46,272 nucleotides of DNA from Candidatus Thorarchaeota archaeon. Its GTDB lineage: Archaea > Asgardarchaeota > Thorarchaeia > Thorarchaeales > Thorarchaeaceae. Below the pieces are notes generated by a model, which was not told the origin of the DNA, did no database searches, and saw only the letters and a list, made by a program, of their open reading frames with translations. This document shows positions 34,224-43,577 of this stretch, piece after piece. The number at the start of each line of letters is the position of its first letter. The stretch's first letter is position 1. The stretch lies in contig JBHLRZ010000004.1 of the NCBI GenBank assembly GCA_048882045.1, positions 1 to 46,272 on the forward strand. The letters are read 5' to 3'. A program made the translations under genes and the position numbers.

Positions 34224-34649
34224 TTAGTCGTCGTGGCCAGTGACTTTCATGGTCGGCTCAAACTTGTACCCGTATACAATGACTCCGCTCTCACCAAATT
34301 CCTTTATTTTACGGAAGCAGGCACGGACACGCATTCCTATCTTGACATCCTCGGGATCAACATTCACTATCTGGGCTGTGAGTCTGGTTCCCTCATCAAG
34401 TTCAACCTGAGCAACAACATAGGGGATCTGTCGCTTGAAGTCATCAGGAGCTTGACGAACAACAGTGAACGAGTAGATTGAGCCAAGACCCTTGAATTGG
34501 TAATCAACGAGTTGCCCCTTCCTCCTGCATTTTGGGCACACTGGTCTTGGAGGGAAGTAATGTGTTTTACAGGTCTTGCATTGGTTGCCTTGGATGTTGT
34601 AAATTGACCTGATTCGTCTCCAGACTTGTGCTACTCCTTGTTCTGCCAT
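34224..34649 (-). CDS. DUF35 Zn-ribbon/OB-fold scaffold of the thiolase-HMG-CoA synthase complex
   Basis: CKTC...FPPRPVCPKC, OB-fold, YGYKF; position after the thiolase gene. Confidence 0.9.
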   Translation of the reverse strand: MAEQGVAQVWRRIRSIYNIQGNQCKTCKTHYFPPRPVCPKCRRKGQLVDYQFKGLGSIYSFTVVRQAPDDFKRQIPYVVAQVELDEGTRLTAQIVNVDPEDVKIGMRVRACFRKIKEFGESGVIVYGYKFEPTMKVTGHDD

Positions 34650-34655
34650 TTCATA

Positions 34656-35816
34656 TCATCTCCCTAGAATGTGCACAATAGATGTTGCACCGGTGCCTCC
34701 AATGTTCACAGCAAGTCCTTTCTCTGCACCGTCAACCTGACGCTTGTCAGCTTCTCCACGTAGCTGCAGAGCCAGTTCGACGATCTGAGCCACTCCAGTA
34801 GCTCCAATCGGATGTCCTCTAGCTTTCAACCCGCCAGATGTGTTGACTGGGAACTTGCCTCCTATCTCTGTGATTCCCTCTTCGAGAGCCTTTCCGCCCT
34901 CACCTTTCTTGGCGATGCCAACATCCTCAGTGAGTATGATCTCTCCAATTGAGAAGCTGTCATGAAGCTCGAACACATCAATGTCCTTCAGCTCCAGCTT
35001 AGCTTCCTTCAGAGCACTTCTTGTTGAAGTAGCCACTGCATTCATTGTCGTAATCGAATCTCTATCGTGAAGTGCAAGTGTATCACCTCTCTGTTCAGAA
35101 GATTCAATCCATACAGGGGTGTCCGAATACTTCTTGGCCATCTCTTCATTACATACAACCAGTCCTGCAGCACCATCAGTGACTGGAGCTGAGTGAAGTA
35201 TTCTCAACGGATCAGCAAGAAGTCCTGACTTCATCACGACCTCGATTGGCACCGCTCTCTGGAACTGGGCCCATTCATTATGTTCTGCGTTTGCGTGGTT
35301 CTTAACAGTCGGTAATGCCAGTTGTTCCTCGGTAGTACCAAATTCCATCATATGACGTCGTGCCATAAAAGCGTAAAGTGCAGGAAATGTTGCTCCGAAC
35401 ATTCCTTCATTCTCCCAGTCGGAAGCCACAGATATCGTGTTCATCGCTTCTGTCTGGTTCACATCACTCATCTTTTCTGTACCCAAAACGAGCATGAGTT
35501 TGTGCTCTCCTGACTTCACAGCCATGTAAGCTTGTCGAACGGCAGCTCCTCCGCTTGCGCAGGCAGCCTCGACACTGTATGCAGCCATATCGCCAAGACC
35601 ACCCAAGTCCGCGGCTTGTGCTCCCAAATGCTCCTGTCCTGTAAATCGTCCAGCACTCATGTTCCCAATGACAACACCGTCAATGTCACTACCCTTAACA
35701 CCCGAGTCGAAGATTGCGTACATCCCCGCCTCAAGAGTGATATCTGGGAGGTTCTGTTCCCAGAGCTCACCAAATTTACACATTCCCACTCCAATAATTG
35801 CTACCCTGTTACTCAT
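34656..35816 (-). CDS. Acetoacetyl-CoA thiolase (archaeal type)
   Basis: EAACASG, ELHDSF, GHPIGATG. Confidence 0.92.
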   Translation of the reverse strand: MSNRVAIIGVGMCKFGELWEQNLPDITLEAGMYAIFDSGVKGSDIDGVVIGNMSAGRFTGQEHLGAQAADLGGLGDMAAYSVEAACASGGAAVRQAYMAVKSGEHKLMLVLGTEKMSDVNQTEAMNTISVASDWENEGMFGATFPALYAFMARRHMMEFGTTEEQLALPTVKNHANAEHNEWAQFQRAVPIEVVMKSGLLADPLRILHSAPVTDGAAGLVVCNEEMAKKYSDTPVWIESSEQRGDTLALHDRDSITTMNAVATSTRSALKEAKLELKDIDVFELHDSFSIGEIILTEDVGIAKKGEGGKALEEGITEIGGKFPVNTSGGLKARGHPIGATGVAQIVELALQLRGEADKRQVDGAEKGLAVNIGGTGATSIVHILGR

Positions 35817-35827
35817 CTTAATACCTC

Positions 35828-36880
35828 CTACAGTGCCTTGATCTTCTTGCGATACTTTGCATATGTCACATAGTCGACGTAGGTTTTCCTCTCTATGTAG
35901 TCATCTACTGTTGGGACCTCTCCTCGACGGTCTTCAATTGCATCCTCGACTGTTATTGAGAATGCATCGCTCCCGGCTCCGGATCCATATGCAACCATGA
36001 ATATTTTCGAGCCTGGTTTAGCAATGTCCAGAATCCTCGCCAGTCCGATCATTGCTGAGCCAGAGTATGTGTTTCCAATCTGACGAACAACCAGACTGTC
36101 CTCTAGCTTCTCTGGTGGAACCTTCAACTGTGCTCCCATAGCTATCGGGAACTTTCCGTTGGGCATGTGGAAACAGAAGTAGTCATAATCATCGACGGTC
36201 GTTCCAGTCTTCTTGAAAAGGGACTTTGCCCCCTCTCCAACGTGTCTGAAGTACGCTGGTTCGCCAGTAAACCTGGCTCCATGGCTTGGAAAGTCTTCGC
36301 CTTCTCGTCTCCAGAAGTCAGGAGTGTCAGTTGTGAAGGACACTGTTTCTTCAATTGTAGCAATCGTATTTTTTAATCCAATCAGATATGCTGCTCCACC
36401 TGCTGCTGCTGAATACTCCAGTGCATCTCCAGGTCTACCCTGAGCGGTGTCTGAACCGATTGCAAGTCCAATCTTTATCATCTTAGACAGTGTCAGACCC
36501 ATTGTTGTCTGCATTGCTGCAGTTCCAGCTTTACAGGCGAACTCATAGTCTGCACAAGTCATGTCGTATGAACAACCTATTGCTTCTGCAACAATTGTAC
36601 CTGTTGGTTTGACAGCATAGGGGTGTGACTCTGAGCCTACATAGACAGCTCCTATATCTATGGGATCGATGTCCGCTCTCTTGACAGCATTCCGAGCTGC
36701 TTCCACTGAGATGGTTGCTACATCTTCATCTGGTCCTGGTACGGATTTCTCAAAAACCCCAAGTCCCTTTCCGATTTTTCCGGTCTTATCGCCCCACACT
36801 TCTGCGATGTCCGTTGTTTTGATACGATATCTTGGAATATATACACCGTATCCGATAATCCCGACTTTGTCTTTCGTCAG
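35828..36880 (-). CDS. Hydroxymethylglutaryl-CoA synthase (probable CTG start)
   Basis: [33 protein letters not shown]. The conserved N-terminus [16 protein letters not shown] lies upstream of the ORF-track start. GGAGGT sits 7 nt before CTG at 36880. Confidence 0.92.
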   Translation of the reverse strand: MTKDKVGIIGYGVYIPRYRIKTTDIAEVWGDKTGKIGKGLGVFEKSVPGPDEDVATISVEAARNAVKRADIDPIDIGAVYVGSESHPYAVKPTGTIVAEAIGCSYDMTCADYEFACKAGTAAMQTTMGLTLSKMIKIGLAIGSDTAQGRPGDALEYSAAAGGAAYLIGLKNTIATIEETVSFTTDTPDFWRREGEDFPSHGARFTGEPAYFRHVGEGAKSLFKKTGTTVDDYDYFCFHMPNGKFPIAMGAQLKVPPEKLEDSLVVRQIGNTYSGSAMIGLARILDIAKPGSKIFMVAYGSGAGSDAFSITVEDAIEDRRGEVPTVDDYIERKTYVDYVTYAKYRKKIKAL

Positions 36881-36998
36881 TTTTTATACCTCCAATCTTA
36901 CACACAGGCGATATGGCCCATATTCTCCTGTGTTCAAAGTATAATGTTCTCCTAATATAAATTCGTTAAACGTCGAACTGTACTACGTTGAAATACGT

Positions 36999-37104
36999 TA
37001 GTCAACAGCCTGAGGTCAAGCCCCATATGAAGCTTGCTGTCAGACCCATAGAGTTGAACGGCTTTCACCGTTGGTCACCACGGAGCTTTGAAGGTTGTCG
37101 ACTA
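36999..37104 (-). ncRNA. Candidate structured RNA element (~106 nt)
   Basis: Nested minus-strand helices UAGUCGACA/UGUUGACUA, AAGCUCCGU/AUGGGGCUU, GACC/GGUC and AACGGU-GAAA-GCCGUU; several G-U pairs valid only on this strand. Confidence 0.4.
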
Positions 37105-37217
37105 TATATGCCTAGTGACTTGACACTGATATCCGTTGATACTCTGATAGGAAATTGACGAATTTACCTCATGCTGTGTGAATTAATACTATAAGGATAC
37201 ACACGAAGATAGTCGCG

Positions 37218-37418
37218 GTGTTCAACGTGTCAGACACTCCTCGAACCAAGATCCGAGAAGTCATAATGACAACTCAAAAGACGGCAGCTGAGCTTCTTCA
37301 TGAGCTTAATATCAGTGACGACCACGTTATTCTTGTGAATGGAAAGCAGGTGGATCTTGACTTCCAACTGAAAGAGAGTGACAAGGTTGTGATTCTACCC
37401 AAGATTGCGGGTGGGTAA
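37218..37418 (+). CDS. Ubiquitin-like MoaD/ThiS/SAMP-family protein
   Basis: 66 aa, ILVNG...LKESDKVVILPKIAGG with C-terminal diglycine. Confidence 0.85.
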   Translation: MFNVSDTPRTKIREVIMTTQKTAAELLHELNISDDHVILVNGKQVDLDFQLKESDKVVILPKIAGG

Positions 37419-39104
37419 ACGACCAACTCTTTCTATCAGTCTTTGTGTTGGCTTCATGTCCATGACCAGTTGTTGTATGGGTTTGCGAGCTCCTGGAATA
37501 CCAATCTCTGAGGCAATTGTGTGAATCACCTTTATTGTAAGTATAGACATTTCCTTCTTGTTGAGGTCTTTGGCATCCTCAACATACTTCTTGACTGCAT
37601 TCCGTAGCATCTTGGTTGAACCAGAGCTAAACTGAGTTGCACGTTTCTGTGCATTGGCAATCTCTTCTGGGACTCCAAACCATTTTGCCACCTCCCTGAA
37701 TATGATTTTCCTGCTTGGCTCTGCTGAGGGATCAAGTAAGTACTCTATCGGAATTGCGAAAGCCAGATTACAAAATCCAGCGTCGAGAAACGGAAACAAA
37801 GAGTTAATGCCATGATATGCGATTGCCTTCTCATCTCGGACAATGTTATTCTCGTGTGTAACTGAAAAGTCACTCCAGAGTTCCTCCTCCACTTTCTCAG
37901 CTCCGCTCTCAATCAACGATTTCTCATATCTTGCATAACCAGCAAAGAGCTCATCAGGTCCCTGCCCTGAGAGAAGGATCTTGATTCCCTCATCCCTTGC
38001 CCATCTTGCTGCAAGAAAGAATGGAATTGATATTTCCACATCCATACGTCTTGTTGTTTCAATTGCATAGATGACCTCAGGTAGGATGTTCCAAACCGTT
38101 TCCTCATCAAATGGGACAATCGTGTGATCAAAGCGAGCTCCAGAATAGAGAGTGGCTGATAGTCTATGAGCTGCTCGTTTGGTTATCTTGGTATCTATGG
38201 ACTCAGGGGCTGTAACAGATATTAAGCGAGTACCCTTAAGCCCTGCAACTGATTTCACACGCATAGCAAGAAGTGAACTGTCAACTCCTCCTGAGAATAA
38301 CACACCACATATCCGTAGTTTGAGTCGGAGTGGGATTATACTTCTCAGACTCCCGGATAGGTTATCTAGTATGAAACTCCGTTCTGTTTGACTCTCATGA
38401 AGAGTAAAGGACTCTATATCGTCTTCCTCCCAGTATTCTGGAGGTTTTGAATGAGCTGTCATCATCTGTGCAAGTTCTATCTCAGTACGTTTGTATTCTG
38501 GGGGTCTAATATCAGACACCTTCGAAATAGTTACAGGATTGAATTTTCTCTCAGATCGTATGTAGGACTGTATCTTTTCGAACTCCCAAGTTCCATCTTC
38601 AGATACTGTCAACACTGTTCCAGGATTGAAAATCTTCGGTTTTTCTTCTGTAATTTCCCAGATCCCTTTCTTCTCTGATGAAAGTGCTATTCCATATTCC
38701 AACTCTGCATAGTAGAGTGGTCTAGCTCCATCCACTGACCTGAAGACTCTGATCTGATTGTCTTCAGTAATACCTACCGCGTTAATCATCTGTGTAGCAA
38801 AAATGTCTGACCGTTGGTCCCGAGAATCTAGTATTCTAAGAACTTCCGCAGGAAGGAATGTAGTAAACTCATGGCACTTGTCAATAAGGATGTGTTTCAC
38901 AAAGCGATCATCAAACTTGTTCTTGAAAATGAACGGTGACTCAGAAAGAAGACCGAAACGAATCATTCCTGCTGGTAGTTTTTCACTGAATATTGATAGT
39001 GGTCCTCTGTGTGAGAGGCGCTTAGTCATTCGGTTGAAAATCTTACGTGATGAACGAGTATCGATTTGATTTGAACGGGAGAAGAGGCCTACAATACCCG
39101 GCAT
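37395..39104 (-). CDS. Asparagine synthetase B-like protein with non-catalytic glutaminase domain
   Basis: MPGIVG (Pro instead of Cys1), DGARPLYY, SSEKK, FSGGVDSS PP-loop, SGQGPDELFAGY, PFLD. Confidence 0.8.
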   Translation of the reverse strand: MPGIVGLFSRSNQIDTRSSRKIFNRMTKRLSHRGPLSIFSEKLPAGMIRFGLLSESPFIFKNKFDDRFVKHILIDKCHEFTTFLPAEVLRILDSRDQRSDIFATQMINAVGITEDNQIRVFRSVDGARPLYYAELEYGIALSSEKKGIWEITEEKPKIFNPGTVLTVSEDGTWEFEKIQSYIRSERKFNPVTISKVSDIRPPEYKRTEIELAQMMTAHSKPPEYWEEDDIESFTLHESQTERSFILDNLSGSLRSIIPLRLKLRICGVLFSGGVDSSLLAMRVKSVAGLKGTRLISVTAPESIDTKITKRAAHRLSATLYSGARFDHTIVPFDEETVWNILPEVIYAIETTRRMDVEISIPFFLAARWARDEGIKILLSGQGPDELFAGYARYEKSLIESGAEKVEEELWSDFSVTHENNIVRDEKAIAYHGINSLFPFLDAGFCNLAFAIPIEYLLDPSAEPSRKIIFREVAKWFGVPEEIANAQKRATQFSSGSTKMLRNAVKKYVEDAKDLNKKEMSILTIKVIHTIASEIGIPGARKPIQQLVMDMKPTQRLIERVGRLPTRNLG

Positions 39105-39109
39105 TGTAT

Positions 39110-39547
39110 TCAAGTCTTTACTTCTTCTAACATGACTTGCTTGACACCAGTGATTCCCTGTAGTTTCGAATGCAGTGCCTTGACTTCTACATTCAGCTGC
39201 TCAGGTGTGAAATAGCACTCGTAAAAGCACTCGTCAGCTGCTTGACAAATACCGCTAGTGAAAAGAATGTCCTCGAGTGATACTTCCATGAATGCTTCAG
39301 TCAACTCTTCTAGGAAGGTCTTGCTGAGTTTTTCGATTACAAGCCTGAGATACATCACCTTGTCGCTGTGGACAGGATAGAGTTTGACGTTGCCATCCTT
39401 AACGACAAGAATCACCAGTCCAAAATTATGGCCGATTTTATCAACGAATTCAGCTGGCAGAGTGATGGAGTCTCCTTTCTCTATCTTCAAAACTCGCGCC
39501 TGCGTCATGTCACCCTTACTCAATCGTATCTGCCTCCGGACAGTCAC
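39110..39547 (-). CDS. Hypothetical protein, possible AbrB-like + ACT-like domains
   Basis: KIEKGDSITLPAEF resembles a swapped-hairpin barrel; the C-terminal beta-alpha-beta-beta-alpha-beta pattern ends LQGITGVKQV. Confidence 0.55.
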   Translation of the reverse strand: MTVRRQIRLSKGDMTQARVLKIEKGDSITLPAEFVDKIGHNFGLVILVVKDGNVKLYPVHSDKVMYLRLVIEKLSKTFLEELTEAFMEVSLEDILFTSGICQAADECFYECYFTPEQLNVEVKALHSKLQGITGVKQVMLEEVKT

Positions 39548-39598
39548 TTGCCATGAATGCTTGTAATGATTATATCTCTTGTGGGAGCGTCAATCTTC

Positions 39599-41179
39599 CT
39601 AGCTTCTCCGTCGAAACCAGCTGCGAATCCTCGCCAGAGCTTCAGATTCTGGTTTCTCAACGACTCGAAGTGACCAACTAGGCTCTGCTGTAATGGAATA
39701 TTCAAGAAAAGCCACCTCTCCTTCAGAACGAATCTTCTCCATTTCCTGAAGTTGAGTGGTCAACCATGCTTTCTTTGAGACAGGCATTCTCGATGTAGCC
39801 AGATCGAAGAGTTCTGGATGAAGATCAAAAATCAGAGCCTGCTCTTTCATGTACTCAAGAACCCCATATTGGAGTGATTGACTTATTTTTTCCCTGTCTG
39901 TGAAGAAAGATGCTGCTACTGACATGTTTGGATATTTTTCTGGTATGTTCAATGCAAATTTGAAGGAATTAGTGAATTTAGAGAGATGTGTCGCAGCGTC
40001 TAGAAAAAGGATGGTTTCTGGTTTTCCTTCGTACGTATCAACCGACATATCCACCACCGTATCTGCTACCGGTTCTTCTTTATCAATTAATGTTTGAATC
40101 AGCTGATCTGTCACTGGTGGTAAGTCATCTTCATCAATTTCTTCTATTGACTCGTAGGAGAGAGCCTCACTCTCCCATTCTTGCTCTTTCTCCTTCTTCT
40201 TGACTTCCTCTTCATCCTTCTTGGGCCTCCTGTGATGAGGTATATATCCAATTTCTTCAACTAGGTGCTGCAATATTAGCGGCAGGAATAGGTCATAAAG
40301 AGTTCCTCTGGTTTCAAGGATAATTAGCACTGGCTTAAAGGATGCAACAGCCTCGACAAGTCCGGAATTGAAATCATCTGATGCATCAAAGAAGAGTTTG
40401 AGATTGTCTTCTGAATAGCCCTTCTCTACTCTTTCTGACCATTCAGCATAGACTTCTTTGTATTCCTGCTTTCGTCGATCTTTTATCATGTTCACGAACT
40501 TGCCCAGATATCTGACTCCACGTGAAACCGCTGTTACTGGACTTACGAAGACCGTCATCATACCTACAGCTTCACCAGCGTATTTGCTTGCCTCAGTATC
40601 TCGAATCTTCCCCAACACCTCTTCTGTTAGAGAAGGTGGTCCAAGTTTCTCTACAAGAACCTCAATCATTCCCTCAAAGTTTTCAAATGCAGCATCTCCT
40701 GGACCAATTTTCTCTCCAATGGGAGATGCATCAGACAAGACCTCTGCGAAGACATTGGGTCTTTTTACAAGCCAATTGAGAGGAATCTTGAGAGACTGAA
40801 AATCGTGCAACCATGTTCTATCTGAGTCCTTTGAGCCAAAATAGAACTTAGAGGAGTCGGGAAAGAGACCATTGAAAATCTCCATGAATTGATCAAAACC
40901 AGGTTTTGTGCTCAGCCCCATCTCATCCTTTTCCATTGCATCAACAACCAAAACAAGACCTGCCTCCTTGCCCTTTGCCAATTTTGCCATTGTAAGCATA
41001 ACTTGTTTTGGTGATAGGTACAGGAGGTCACTTTCTGCAAAAGGTGCATCATAGAATGAGAATATTCCCAACCGTCTCCATACTCTTCTAGATAGCATAG
41101 TATTTGCTAAATGTGAGAACCACTCGTATCCTCTCTTGTATCTTGGAATGGATTCTTCTTCTATATCGACATTGGGCAT
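39599..41179 (-). CDS. Hypothetical protein (526 aa)
   Basis: Long ORF with AGGTG RBS before the ATG at 41179; acidic low-complexity insert; Walker-B-like ILFLDAATHL. Confidence 0.75.
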   Translation of the reverse strand: MPNVDIEEESIPRYKRGYEWFSHLANTMLSRRVWRRLGIFSFYDAPFAESDLLYLSPKQVMLTMAKLAKGKEAGLVLVVDAMEKDEMGLSTKPGFDQFMEIFNGLFPDSSKFYFGSKDSDRTWLHDFQSLKIPLNWLVKRPNVFAEVLSDASPIGEKIGPGDAAFENFEGMIEVLVEKLGPPSLTEEVLGKIRDTEASKYAGEAVGMMTVFVSPVTAVSRGVRYLGKFVNMIKDRRKQEYKEVYAEWSERVEKGYSEDNLKLFFDASDDFNSGLVEAVASFKPVLIILETRGTLYDLFLPLILQHLVEEIGYIPHHRRPKKDEEEVKKKEKEQEWESEALSYESIEEIDEDDLPPVTDQLIQTLIDKEEPVADTVVDMSVDTYEGKPETILFLDAATHLSKFTNSFKFALNIPEKYPNMSVAASFFTDREKISQSLQYGVLEYMKEQALIFDLHPELFDLATSRMPVSKKAWLTTQLQEMEKIRSEGEVAFLEYSITAEPSWSLRVVEKPESEALARIRSWFRRRS

Positions 41180-41255
41180 GCTAAACACCTTGGGATCACA
41201 TTCCGTTGACCCTCTAGGCCATTAGCAATGCTAATGTGATAAAGATATTGCCCGA

Positions 41256-42455
41256 TTAGTCCATTCTCAGTGCATAGAATGCAACTACTGCAGCAACGAG
41301 CACTATACCTATGACAACAATGATTCTCCAATCGTACGTTGCTGGACCCCCTTCGTTTGGATCCGGCAAGGAGGATAGTAAACTAAGGGCGCGTCCTGGT
41401 GAATCCATGTTTAGAATCTGACAAGCATATCCTGCATAGAGAAGAGATCCCTCACTGAATCCTGGACTGTTCGCCCAACTTCCGTCAAGCGCTTGACATT
41501 TTATGACGAAGTTCTCCAAAGCCGATATGTTAACGCCAGATATTGCATTCATTGTTTCAAGAGCACTCATTGCATAGAATGTGCTCACAAGATTAGGTGC
41601 ATCGGTTGCATTACCCTCTTCAAATCCACCGATATACTCCGGGTATGGATAGTCCAAGATTTGTCTCTCACGCAACCAGTTCTGAACACTAGAAGCGCTT
41701 GGAACAGAAGACAGTGGGTCAATAGCTTCGTAGGCTAGGACTGCTGCAGCTGTGGCTGTCACACTGGACCCACTTGAATCAGGACTAAGTTTGTAATAGC
41801 CTCCATCTCTACAAGTTTCAATCCATGCTAGAACTGCTGTTTCATTCACATAGGTGTCCCAAATGTGTTCCAGAGGATAAATGTCTTCGATGATTCTAAA
41901 GGATACTACAGCACGGAATGTTGAGATGAGTTCTGCGTCTGCCCCTGGAATGAAACCATATCCACCGTCTTCTGACAAAGTTGAATTGATCCATAGCGCA
42001 CTCGCAGTGGCGTTGATATCGTAGTCGTTTACTCCAGGAATGTCATTAAATCTGGGATCTTTCAACATTTCCCACAAGAGTAGTCCATTGAAATTGACAT
42101 CTCCTACTACATCGGCTAGGAGATAGTTACTGAACCCTCCGTAGTTAGTATCATCTTCGTTAGACAGAAATTGATGGTCTTCAACAAAATCGAGCACATC
42201 AGTGATGGCAATTGGCGGGGGTCTCTGTGAAAGTGAACCAAATTCGTTCATTATACTGAGTGCACCATATGTGGGGTTGATTCTGGTGACTCCATCAAAA
42301 GGCAGAAAGTAGCCTCCCCTTACTGTGTCGTAATGATTTGTCATGTACGAACTCAAAATATCATATCGACTTGCAGCTGCTACTGGTTGAGCAGTAGAAG
42401 CTACAAGAACCAATGTAAACGCAAGAGCGATTGCTACGAATTTGACCTTCTTCAT
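41256..42455 (-). CDS. Secreted, membrane-anchored prenyltransferase/squalene-cyclase-repeat (alpha/alpha toroid) protein
   Basis: Signal peptide; repeats GGF/Y...STF.A (DGGYGFIPGADAELISTFRAV, GGFEEG...STFYAMSAL, CQALDGSW); C-terminal TM. Confidence 0.75.
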   Translation of the reverse strand: MKKVKFVAIALAFTLVLVASTAQPVAAASRYDILSSYMTNHYDTVRGGYFLPFDGVTRINPTYGALSIMNEFGSLSQRPPPIAITDVLDFVEDHQFLSNEDDTNYGGFSNYLLADVVGDVNFNGLLLWEMLKDPRFNDIPGVNDYDINATASALWINSTLSEDGGYGFIPGADAELISTFRAVVSFRIIEDIYPLEHIWDTYVNETAVLAWIETCRDGGYYKLSPDSSGSSVTATAAAVLAYEAIDPLSSVPSASSVQNWLRERQILDYPYPEYIGGFEEGNATDAPNLVSTFYAMSALETMNAISGVNISALENFVIKCQALDGSWANSPGFSEGSLLYAGYACQILNMDSPGRALSLLSSLPDPNEGGPATYDWRIIVVIGIVLVAAVVAFYALRMD

Positions 42456-42572
42456 GGATACATCACGGTCAATCTGGATGTCACTGAGGTATTAGCTCAG
42501 CGCTTTTAGGTTCGGGCTGAGGTGTGGATATTAAGGTTTCCCCATAACAAGAGACGTACTAGCAAAAGGATG

Positions 42573-43526
42573 TCAGGCATACCCGATAGGTCCTCGTTGC
42601 ATTTGCCGGATGTAGGAATATGCTGAATCAGCAGAAATTGCACCGTGCCCCACAGCTACAGCTATCTGTTTCATTGACTCAACAACATCGCCAGCTGCAA
42701 ACACTCCTGGAATGTTTGTGGCCTGTTTAGCGTTGACTAGAATCTCACCACGCTTATTGGTTTCAACTCCAATACTCTTTGCAAGACTACTTTCAGGGTT
42801 GGATCCTAGTGCTACGAACGCCCCTTCTACAGCTAGTGATTTGACTTCGCCAGTCTTGACATTCTCTATGACAAGTTCGTTGACCAAATCTTCACCCTTT
42901 ATCTCTTTGACAATTGTATCCCATAGAATCTCAACGCTTGAGTTGAATATATAGTCTTGAATGATCTTCTCTGCTCTCAGCTCATCTCGTCTGTGTATGA
43001 GGTAGACCTTGTTTACTACCTCTGCCAGATAGAGAGCCTCAGTGACTGCGGTATTGCCTCCTCCAACAACAGCTACAGTCTTGTCACGAAATAATGGTCC
43101 GTCGCACGTTGCACAATAGGATACACCTCGACCAGTCAGCAGCTCCTCACCGGGAACACCTAGGTGTTTGTGGCCTCCGCCAGTTGCGAAGATGATTGCC
43201 TTTGCACGATACACTCCTCTTCGAGTATCAAGAAGAAAATCGCCGTCCTCACCTTCTCTCTCGACGCTCTTCACCTCAGTGATCTCTCTGATGAAAGCCC
43301 CACATTTCTTGACCTGTTCTTTCATCTTGTTTGCCAGTTCGAGACCTACAATGAATGTATATCCGGGATAGTTCTCAATGCCAGGACTTGTTGCCTGTGC
43401 TCCACCTAGGACCTTCGATTCAAGTAGTAATGTCTTGAGACCAAAACGTGCTCCGTAGATGGCGGCAGTCATCCCAGCTGGACCACCACCGATGACAATC
43501 AATTCCCAGTCAAGGTCTTCAGTCAC
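42573..43526 (-). CDS. trxB: Thioredoxin-disulfide reductase
   Basis: GGGPAG, IENYPG, GVSYCATCDG, GGGNTA, HRRDELRA, FAAGD. Confidence 0.95.
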   Translation of the reverse strand: MTEDLDWELIVIGGGPAGMTAAIYGARFGLKTLLLESKVLGGAQATSPGIENYPGYTFIVGLELANKMKEQVKKCGAFIREITEVKSVEREGEDGDFLLDTRRGVYRAKAIIFATGGGHKHLGVPGEELLTGRGVSYCATCDGPLFRDKTVAVVGGGNTAVTEALYLAEVVNKVYLIHRRDELRAEKIIQDYIFNSSVEILWDTIVKEIKGEDLVNELVIENVKTGEVKSLAVEGAFVALGSNPESSLAKSIGVETNKRGEILVNAKQATNIPGVFAAGDVVESMKQIAVAVGHGAISADSAYSYIRQMQRGPIGYA

Positions 43527-43577
43527 GTCAAGTTCTCCAATAGTCTATCCCATTCATAATCTGTCGTGAAATTGGGC

